DNA from: a virus
DNA length: 64,000 nt
IMG/VR virus record: IMGVR_UViG_3300036792_000107
Coordinates: 6,715-70,714 of that record
Direction: 5' to 3' (one strand)
Every line of letters starts with the position of its first letter. The first letter of the stretch is position 1. A model generated the notes under the pieces. That model was not told the DNA's origin and did not search any database. It worked only from the letters and a program-made list of their open reading frames with translations. The position numbers were made by a program, and so were the translations under genes. This document shows, in pieces, positions 56,580 through 64,000 of this stretch.

Positions 56580-59500
56580 CTAACCTCCGTTTCGGCCCAA
56601 TGCCCGCTGCACGTTTCCGCCGCCCTTTACCCTAACCCACTTTCGCATCATCATCAGCATGAACTGCTCGAATTCGCTGCCGCCGCCGCCCTCGACTTCC
56701 AGCGTAACGGTCACGTTCTGTCCGCCGCCCGTTCCCGGAGTTACCCTTTCAGGGCCGTTCTCGCCGAACTGGTAGGGAAGCCCCGAACTCATGCCGACGC
56801 CAAGCACGTGCTCATTGATCACGCCGCCGTTTGCGTAGGAGCGGATAAGGCCGCCGCTTGCCTTCTTAGTCGCGATGTCGGCCAGGTGCTGCTCGTGCAG
56901 GTCATGCCATATCGAAGTCAGCTGCGGGCTTTTCCTGATAGCCGCCATCGACAGCCCGTGAACTGCCTTCAGGTCAGCCTGGTACTGCGCTTCGGTCAGC
57001 TTCTTCGTGATAGCCGTAGTGGTGCTCTTAGTGGTGCTCTTAGTGGTGCCATTCGAAGCGCCGGCCGGCGCCTTTATCCCGAGCAGCCCGTCAAGGGTAG
57101 CGAGGCTCTTGGCGAGCGCCGTGGTTTCCGACGGCAGAGGGCCGGTGAGGGCCTTGTTCGCGTTGGCGTGCTGTACCGCTTCGATGTAAGAGGCGTACCG
57201 CGACATGTTCGCCTTGCTCGTGCCGTTCGTGCGCGTAATCGGGAAGTAAGCCCACAGCTCGGCCTTCTGCCGGGTGGTCAGCGTGCCGAGAGGACCGCCG
57301 GGGCCGATGTGCGCCGTTGCCGCTGCGGAGGAAAGCTTGCTGAACGCGGTGTCTTCCGCCGCCTGGTCCGCCGCCAGCTTCATAATCGACAGGCCTGGCA
57401 CCGCGCTCTTGCTGCCGCTGCCGCTGCCCGCTGTCGTAGCCGACGCGATCTTTTCCTTCGACTGGACGATCATCGCGTTCAGGACAGCCCTGAGGTTCCT
57501 GGTCTGGACAACTTCAGCCGTGGACAGGTACTTGTCGCCTGCGGTACCCATCTCGGAGTTCGCAGCCGTTCCCAGCTTCGACAGGTTCGCCGCCGTGAAT
57601 CCCTTCCCGCCTATCGCCTTGTAGGCAGCGGCTTCGGCAGCCTGGCGCTTGCCCATCGTCCCGAGTTCGCCGGTCAGGGACGCCTTGTGGGACTTGGCGT
57701 AGGAATTCGGGTGGGCAAGGAGGGCCTTGGTGGCGCTCACGAGGGTGTTGTAGTCGCTTACCTCGGTCTTCTGGCTCGCTGCCACAGCCCCGGGAACCAG
57801 GCCGCCGGATGCGTATCCCTTGACCAGGCCGCCGGCAGCGTGATGGGCTACACCCAGCCTCCCGTTGACATTCGCCGCCGTCTGGGCCGCCTTGGCGTTG
57901 GAAGACGCCGCCGCGCCGCTGCTCCCCATGATCTGTGTGGCCAGGGCGAGGCCGGTAGCGTGCACGTCGTTGATGCCGTACCGTTCAACGCCGGTACCCC
58001 ACTCGTAGGCAGCCTGGTTGACGGAGGTGGCCTTGTCCATCTGGGCGATGACACCCATGTCGCCGTTGGACCGTACGAACTTGATGATGTCCGGCAGCTG
58101 CGTGCGCATTCCGCCGGAGAAGTCGGCGTTGCTGATCGTAGAAGCGGGCGACCAGGCGATAAGGCCCCGGCCTCCGGTGCCCTGCGCGAACGGGTTCCAC
58201 AGCGACTCGCCCCAGATGGAGGCGATTGCGCCGGCGGCGGCTATCTTGTGTCCGCCGAACAGATTGGTGAGCAGGTAGTTGTACAGCTCGGTGCCGTTGG
58301 CCATCTCCGAGCCTGTGGCACCGCCCGCCGGGGCGCTGCCCCCGCCGCTGCTGCCGGACGCGGCGATCTGCGCGTTGGAAAAGCTCTTGGCGGGGCCTGC
58401 GATGAACTTGGCGGCGTCGGTGACCAGCGTCTTGGGGATGTCGAGCAGGGTCTGCCCGAACTCGCCGGTCGCACCGCCCGACGTGGGCTTGAAGTCCTTC
58501 AGGAACGCCGTGACGGCCCCGCCGACGTTTCCGCTGGCCAGGTCAACGCCGATCGAGGCGTACTTGCCCAGCCCGGCGAATACCTGCGCGACGGTTTCGA
58601 CTGCCCCGACGATATCGGACCCGATTGCCTTAGCCAGCCCGGCCAGCGCGGACAGCGGGTTGCCGGAGCCGGTCTTCTGGCCGGGGAACTTCCCGGCCGG
58701 CGGCGTGCTGTAGTTCGGGGCGAGCGGCGCACCGAGTGCGCCGAGCACCGCGTCGAAGACGTGCCCGACGTCGGTCGCGCTGCCGGGCGGCAGGTTGGCT
58801 CCGCTGATGGCCCCGGCTGCGGCGGTCTGCGACAGAGGGCTGCGGCCGGTGGAGTCGGCGAAGCCGATCTCGATGCCGGTAGAGCCCGCGATCATGTTCG
58901 CGATTGCCTGGCCCGCCTTGACCGTCTGCCCGGCGCTGACGGTCGGGCGCACGTCTTCGGCGTAGTAGATATTGGTTCCGGCCAGCGGTCCCGTGGCCAG
59001 CCGGTAGCTCATGAACGGGCCACCGGGCCAGCCAGCGCCGTTGGTCTCGATGATGTTGCCCGCGCCCATCGCCAGCAGCGGCCCGGTACCGTTGAAGTCA
59101 ACGCCCTGGTCAATGCGCTCCGGAACCAGTCCCCGGATCTGGCCGACCGGGTTGACGTAGCCGCCGTAGGCGTACCCGGGGACCTTCCCGCCGCCGGCGA
59201 AGCCGGGCAGCTTGCCGCGCAGGTGATCGACCGCTCCGGCTGTGACCATGTGCGTCGGGACTACGACCTCGCCGGGCATCAGCATTGCCAGGACGCTGTC
59301 CTTGCCGGGGGTGCCCCCGCTGATCTGGCCGCCGGCCGCCAGCTTGGACAGCCAGGTGATTCCGCCCGACAGGGGGTTGCCCAGGTGCACGAAGCTGGTG
59401 ACGGCGTCGATGCCCTTGAACAGGTCGGCTATCGGGCCTGCGACGGCGTGGAGCGGGCTCTTGATCTTGCCTTCGATGTTGCTGAACGCCCGGCCGACCG

Positions 59501-62500
59501 CGTTGACGCCGTTGGTGAAGACGCCCGGCAGCGTCTGGGTGAAGAACATGCTCATGTCATGGCCGAAGGTGCCGGTGATCCAGTGCCAGGTGTTGGACAG
59601 CGCGTTCTGCACCGGATCGGCGAAGTCCCGGATGAGGAAGTTGTAGCTGTCGGTGAACCAGTTCGGCAGGTCGCCGGTAAAGAAGTTCTGCATCACCGGG
59701 GCGAAGTTGCCGTTGATCCAGGTCCATACGGTTGAGAAGCCGTGTTCCATCGGCGCGATGTACTGCCGGTTGAAGGCGTCTACGGAGTTGGTGAAGTAAC
59801 CCGGGATCGTGCTGGTGAAGAAGTTGCTCATTACCGGCGCGAAGTTGCCGTTGATCCAGCTCCACGCAGTCGAAAAGCCGTGCTCCATGGGAGCGATGTA
59901 GGCCGTGTTGAACTTATCGACCGAATCGGTGAAGAAGCCGGGAATGGTGCTGGTGAAGAAGTTGCTCATTACCGGCGCGAAGTTACCGTTGATCCAGCTC
60001 CATGCAGTCGAGAAGCCGTGCTCCATAGGGCCGATGTAGGCCGTGTTGAACTTATCGACTGAGCTGGTGAAGAAGCCGGGGACCGTGCTGGTGAAGAAGT
60101 TGCTCATCACAGGCCCGAAGTTGCCGTTGATCCAGCTCCACACGGCGGAGAGGCCATGTTCCATAGGACCGATGTAGGCCGTGTTGAACTTGCTGACAGA
60201 GCTGGTGAAGAAGTTCGGTACGGTACTGGTGAAGAAGTTGCCCATAACCGGCCCGAAGTTGCCGTTGATCCAGCTCCACACAGCCGACAGCCCGTGCTCC
60301 ATGGGGCCGATGTAGGCCGTGTTGAACTTGCTGACGGAGCTGGTGAAGAAATTCGGTACCGTGCTGGTGAAGAAGTTGCTCATCACAGGCCCGAAGTTTC
60401 CGTTAATCCAGGCCCATACAGTCGAGAAGCCGTGCTCCATCGGGCCGATGTAGGCAGCGCTGAACTTGCTGACGGAACTGGTGAAGAACCCAGGCACCGT
60501 GCGCGTGAAGAAGTTGTCGATGGCCGGGGAGAAGCTGCCGTTGATCCAGTTCCAGGCGTCGCCGAGCCCCGACTTGACCGGAGCCACGAAGTGCGTCGCC
60601 ACTGCGCTGTCGGCCACGTCGAACGCGTGGGGGATGACGTTCTCGAAGATGTGCTGCACCTGCGGCCCGAAGACCGTGCCGAGCCAGTCGAGTCCCGGCT
60701 TGATGTTCGCCGGCATCTTCGTGCCAACCTGCGTCGAGGCGTCGGTGACCGACTTGCCGAACACGTTGAAGTGCTGGCCCGCCAGGTCGGCCTTGTTCTT
60801 GGCCCCGTCCAGCGCCGGGTTGCCCTTGGTGAGGAAGTTGTTCCACAGCGCGTCGGCCTGCTTCTGGGTCAGGCCCAGCCCCGCAACCGCGAACGACTCG
60901 AATTCACTCTTCGCGTCGCCGGCATTGCCGGTCATCTTCAGTATCTGGGCGGCAAGGGTGTTCGCCGAAGGCTGCATCTTGTCGATGCTGCCCTTGCTGG
61001 TAATGACGGCCTTGGCGAAGTTGTCGAAGTTCTTCTGGCCGCCGGACGCCAGGAAGATCGCCTGGCTCATCGCCTGGTTCAGCGTGGTTCCCAGCGCGGT
61101 TGACAGGTTCTGAACGTCCTTGGTCAGGCCGGCCGACGCGACGGTGAACTTCGAGGTGATGTTGTTCAGGCTTGTCATCGGGTCCTTGACGTTGCCGACC
61201 CACTTGGCCAGTGCCTGGAAGCTGTCCGCGCCCTGGTATCCGCCGCGCTGCGCGAGCGCGTACAGCTGTGCGGTCAGCGTGGCGCTGCCCTTGGCCGCCG
61301 GCAGCATCAGGGCGACCATGTCCCGGGTCGCCTGCGCCAGTCCGTTGGTGCCCTGCTTGCCCAGCCCGGCGGCGGCAGCCATCGTAGTCAGCGAGTCCAG
61401 GTAGCTGTTGGCGTTGGTGACCGACGTGCCGAATGTCTGCGCGAGACCCAGGCTGGTGCTGTTCAGTCCGGTGAACGTGCCCTTGGTGCTGGACGCCGCT
61501 GCTGACAGGGAGGTGTAGGAGTCGGTGACCTTGCCGTTGGACAGTGACAGCTTGTCGCCGCCGTTCTGGGCTGCCAGGTACATGCCCTGGACACCCTGAC
61601 CGAAGGTGGCGAGCGAGTTCTCGCCGCCGGTTACCGTCTGGATGAACGTGTCCCAGGCACTGTTGAGGCTGCTGACCTTGGAGTTCTGCAAGCCGGTGGA
61701 GAAGCTGATCGCGTTGACGGAGTTGTTCAGCAGCGAGCCCTGGACGCCCATCGCCTTGTAGCCGTCAATCAGGTTGTTGACCTTCTGGGCCATCACCTGC
61801 GCAGTGTCGTTCCACTGAACTCCGGCGAGGTCCATGAGGCCCAGCGACTGGCTGAAGCTGTAGCCCTGCTTCATCAGCGAGCCGATCTCGCCGTCCAGGT
61901 TCCGGCCGGAGCCGAGCAGCTTGTTGATCTCGTCGTTGATGGTAGACAGGTCGTGCTGTAGCTGAACGGCGGCTTCCCTGCTGCCGCTGCCGGTGAAGAG
62001 GTCCTTGAAGAAGTTCCCGAGGCTTGCCGCCGCCTGCGGGACCGTGGCCGACTTCCAGAAACTCTTCATGTCGCTGCCGACAAGCTGGATCTTGTCGTCG
62101 GCCTTCTGCCAGATGCCGGACAGGCCGGTCCAGCCCGCTTCGATCTTATTGGTGCTGTCTGTGCGCGCCAGGTCGTTCAGCTGCCCGATCAGCTGCGGGA
62201 TCGCGGTGAACGCGTGGCTGGCGCTCATCTGGGACAGGGAAGACTCCATCCCGGAGACGGACTGCTGCACCGACGAGGACGCGCTGCCCCACGACCGTTC
62301 CATCTCCACCGCTGCCAGGACGATCGCCGCGACTCCGAGCTGCCCGGCGAGGCCCAGCGCCGCGAATCCTCCGGCGAGCTTCGCCAGTCCCCCGCCGGCC
62401 TTCCCCAGGACCCCGGGCAGCGTGCCGAGAGGCAGGAGCATCCGTCCCAGTAGCGCGGAGAAGACGTTGCCGTACAGGTACACCGAGTGCAGCGCCAGCG

Positions 62501-64000
62501 CGGTTTCGACAATCGGCTTGGGCAGCTTGGAGAACCAGTCCAGTAGCTGCGTGGCACCTTCGATGATGGTAAGAAGCACGTGCGCGGTGCCCGGATCTTC
62601 CTTCATCAGGTTGTCCAGCGCGGACAGCAGGTGCCCCACGGCGGTGCCGAACTGGCTGAGGAACCCGGTACCGCTCTGGAGGAGCTTGCCCATGCTGTTC
62701 TGGGACACGGCCCAGATGTCCAGCTTGGCGATCCAGGTGTCGAACATGTTGACTACGGTGTGCGCTGTCATGCTCAGAGCGCCCGTGTTGTCCTTGACGA
62801 TGTTCAGCGCGCCGCCGTACGCTTCGATCACCTGCGGGGCCATGGACTTAGTCAGGTTGTCGAAGTCACGGCTCAGCGCCGGGATCTGGTTGCCCAGCGA
62901 TTCATTGACCGTGTCTACGGCTGTCATGTGGTTGTAGACGTCTTCGGCTGCCGGGGCCATCGCGTAGATGCCGACCGCTGCCGCTGCCGTGGCCAGTCCG
63001 ACGGCGATCGTGGCCTCCATCAGGCCGTCTAGTGCGGCGTGGAGCACACCTACGTGCCCCAGCATGCCGCCCATCGCCATTCCCCACAGCCCGAAGCCGC
63101 CGATCAGGCCGCCGCCTCCGCCACCACCGCCGCCGCCTCCACCGCCACCGCCGGCACCTCCGCCTCCTCCGCCGTACAGCAGCTTGGTGAGCGCCGTCAT
63201 GCCGGCCATCAGAGCTGTGTTAATGGTGCCGTTGATCTGGACGTCACGGGGCCTCGTTACCGCGTCTATCTTGACATTTGCGGCGGCGAGCTGGGTGTCC
63301 AGCATTGTCGTGTCGAGGTGAATGGGGAAGGTAATTCCCATCCCCCTGATCTTCGCCGCCATCTCCTGCTCGGCGAACGTGACCAGGCCGAGCGCCTGGC
63401 GCACCTTGTCCGTCTGGGCAGCCATGCGCTCAAGCGCTCCGGTGGCGGTGTCTATGCCGCTGGCGTCTATGGAATCGAGGTTGTTACGCAGCGCGATAAC
63501 CTGCTTGTTGACCCCTGCGAAAAACGCCTGCGCCCCGGTGTCACCGATTTTGACGCTGCCCAGCGACTGCATGAGCGCGTCGGTCCTGGTCTTCAGCGCC
63601 GCAAGCTCCGCGTCGAAGTCGCGGGAGTCTATACCGACCGGGATGGCTGCCAGGGTGGTGTCTACCTTGGCCTTGAACGCTGCCAGTTCCGCGTCGGCAG
63701 CCGCCGGGTCGATGGCCATCTGGAGGCTGGGCTGCCTGGCGATGTCATCGAACATGCCGGCGTACATGTTCGTGATCTTGGCGAGCTGGGCCTGCGCGTC
63801 AGCGACGTCAGCTGCGCGAGCCCTGGCAATGTTCGCTGTCATCGCGGCGTTGGCTGCCGCGATCTCTGCCGCTGCCTTTTCGTAGGCGGCGGCTTCCTTG
63901 TCAGCGGCTGCCTGGGCGGCTGCGGCTACGCCGGCCTGGGCTGCGGCCATCTTGTCGGCGCTTGCCTGCGCCTTGGTCGCCATGAGGTCCGAGTCGGCGA
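56580..64000 (-). CDS. tape measure protein (5'-truncated by the window) with muralytic domains
   Basis: more than 2460 aa, Ala/Gly-rich, W/F-periodic repeats, DSV.AML.PGE.VV, FGENGPE; frame open to the window edge. Confidence 0.9.
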   Translation of the reverse strand, partial: ADSDLMATKAQASADKMAAAQAGVAAAAQAAADKEAAAYEKAAAEIAAANAAMTANIARARAADVADAQAQLAKITNMYAGMFDDIARQPSLQMAIDPAAADAELAAFKAKVDTTLAAIPVGIDSRDFDAELAALKTRTDALMQSLGSVKIGDTGAQAFFAGVNKQVIALRNNLDSIDASGIDTATGALERMAAQTDKVRQALGLVTFAEQEMAAKIRGMGITFPIHLDTTMLDTQLAAANVKIDAVTRPRDVQINGTINTALMAGMTALTKLLYGGGGGGAGGGGGGGGGGGGGGGLIGGFGLWGMAMGGMLGHVGVLHAALDGLMEATIAVGLATAAAAVGIYAMAPAAEDVYNHMTAVDTVNESLGNQIPALSRDFDNLTKSMAPQVIEAYGGALNIVKDNTGALSMTAHTVVNMFDTWIAKLDIWAVSQNSMGKLLQSGTGFLSQFGTAVGHLLSALDNLMKEDPGTAHVLLTIIEGATQLLDWFSKLPKPIVETALALHSVYLYGNVFSALLGRMLLPLGTLPGVLGKAGGGLAKLAGGFAALGLAGQLGVAAIVLAAVEMERSWGSASSSVQQSVSGMESSLSQMSASHAFTAIPQLIGQLNDLARTDSTNKIEAGWTGLSGIWQKADDKIQLVGSDMKSFWKSATVPQAAASLGNFFKDLFTGSGSREAAVQLQHDLSTINDEINKLLGSGRNLDGEIGSLMKQGYSFSQSLGLMDLAGVQWNDTAQVMAQKVNNLIDGYKAMGVQGSLLNNSVNAISFSTGLQNSKVSSLNSAWDTFIQTVTGGENSLATFGQGVQGMYLAAQNGGDKLSLSNGKVTDSYTSLSAAASSTKGTFTGLNSTSLGLAQTFGTSVTNANSYLDSLTTMAAAAGLGKQGTNGLAQATRDMVALMLPAAKGSATLTAQLYALAQRGGYQGADSFQALAKWVGNVKDPMTSLNNITSKFTVASAGLTKDVQNLSTALGTTLNQAMSQAIFLASGGQKNFDNFAKAVITSKGSIDKMQPSANTLAAQILKMTGNAGDAKSEFESFAVAGLGLTQKQADALWNNFLTKGNPALDGAKNKADLAGQHFNVFGKSVTDASTQVGTKMPANIKPGLDWLGTVFGPQVQHIFENVIPHAFDVADSAVATHFVAPVKSGLGDAWNWINGSFSPAIDNFFTRTVPGFFTSSVSKFSAAYIGPMEHGFSTVWAWINGNFGPVMSNFFTSTVPNFFTSSVSKFNTAYIGPMEHGLSAVWSWINGNFGPVMGNFFTSTVPNFFTSSVSKFNTAYIGPMEHGLSAVWSWINGNFGPVMSNFFTSTVPGFFTSSVDKFNTAYIGPMEHGFSTAWSWINGNFAPVMSNFFTSTIPGFFTDSVDKFNTAYIAPMEHGFSTAWSWINGNFAPVMSNFFTSTIPGYFTNSVDAFNRQYIAPMEHGFSTVWTWINGNFAPVMQNFFTGDLPNWFTDSYNFLIRDFADPVQNALSNTWHWITGTFGHDMSMFFTQTLPGVFTNGVNAVGRAFSNIEGKIKSPLHAVAGPIADLFKGIDAVTSFVHLGNPLSGGITWLSKLAAGGQISGGTPGKDSVLAMLMPGEVVVPTHMVTAGAVDHLRGKLPGFAGGGKVPGYAYGGYVNPVGQIRGLVPERIDQGVDFNGTGPLLAMGAGNIIETNGAGWPGGPFMSYRLATGPLAGTNIYYAEDVRPTVSAGQTVKAGQAIANMIAGSTGIEIGFADSTGRSPLSQTAAAGAISGANLPPGSATDVGHVFDAVLGALGAPLAPNYSTPPAGKFPGQKTGSGNPLSALAGLAKAIGSDIVGAVETVAQVFAGLGKYASIGVDLASGNVGGAVTAFLKDFKPTSGGATGEFGQTLLDIPKTLVTDAAKFIAGPAKSFSNAQIAASGSSGGGSAPAGGATGSEMANGTELYNYLLTNLFGGHKIAAAGAIASIWGESLWNPFAQGTGGRGLIAWSPASTISNADFSGGMRTQLPDIIKFVRSNGDMGVIAQMDKATSVNQAAYEWGTGVERYGINDVHATGLALATQIMGSSGAAASSNAKAAQTAANVNGRLGVAHHAAGGLVKGYASGGLVPGAVAASQKTEVSDYNTLVSATKALLAHPNSYAKSHKASLTGELGTMGKRQAAEAAAYKAIGGKGFTAANLSKLGTAANSEMGTAGDKYLSTAEVVQTRNLRAVLNAMIVQSKEKIASATTAGSGSGSKSAVPGLSIMKLAADQAAEDTAFSKLSSAAATAHIGPGGPLGTLTTRQKAELWAYFPITRTNGTSKANMSRYASYIEAVQHANANKALTGPLPSETTALAKSLATLDGLLGIKAPAGASNGTTKSTTKSTTTAITKKLTEAQYQADLKAVHGLSMAAIRKSPQLTSIWHDLHEQHLADIATKKASGGLIRSYANGGVINEHVLGVGMSSGLPYQFGENGPERVTPGTGGGQNVTVTLEVEGGGGSEFEQFMLMMMRKWVRVKGGGNVQRALGRNGG
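59690..60590 (-). repeat. 138-bp (46-aa) tandem repeat, about 7 copies
   Basis: WINGNF-encoding anchor recurs at 59709, 59847, 59985, 60123, 60261, 60399 and 60537. Confidence 0.9.

Noticed and set aside
57017-57049. 12-bp tandem repeat TAGTGGTGCTCT
   Set aside because: It only encodes a TTKS low-complexity linker in the tape measure.
54927-59735. 1602-aa + strand ORF
   Set aside because: It is the antisense shadow of the tail and tape measure genes, typical of high-GC DNA. The same applies to most other overlapping track ORFs.
63105-63175. CCG/CCA-rich tract
   Set aside because: It is a poly-Gly linker of the tape measure with mixed codons.

Overview
This window is 64 kb of a GC-rich tailed dsDNA phage or prophage, most likely infecting an actinomycete (inferred from GC content, leaderless genes, SigR/SigH-type promoters and a DUF4232-like lipoprotein). 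Layout: (1) 1-15.0 kb, dense + strand small accessory genes, including an HNH, a P-loop ATPase and a GIY-YIG gene; (2) 15.2-21.7 kb, a mostly - strand island with a secreted protein, holin-like protein, HNHs, endolysin, a poly-Glu ORF and a LysM-lysozyme; (3) 21.9-40.8 kb, replication and nucleotide metabolism: intein-split family A polymerase, primase-helicase, Cas4-like nuclease, SSB-like protein, SNF2 helicase, Ro60/TROVE and class II RNR; (4) 40.8-50.4 kb, SprT-like protease, RuvC-like resolvase, C5 MTase-like protein, ThyX, HNH and HTH; (5) 50.5-64 kb, a large tail protein and a 5'-truncated tape measure. The standout feature is a tandem array of five Y RNA-like units (36319-36899) directly upstream of Ro60. 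The units share a covarying scaffold but carry different apical cargo, including permuted tRNA-like arms. Next is a window-wide set of 12 GGA(A/C/G)T-N18-GTT promoters, 7 of them with an ATG exactly 12 nt after the G of GTT. All product calls come from motif recognition by eye; no database searches were run.
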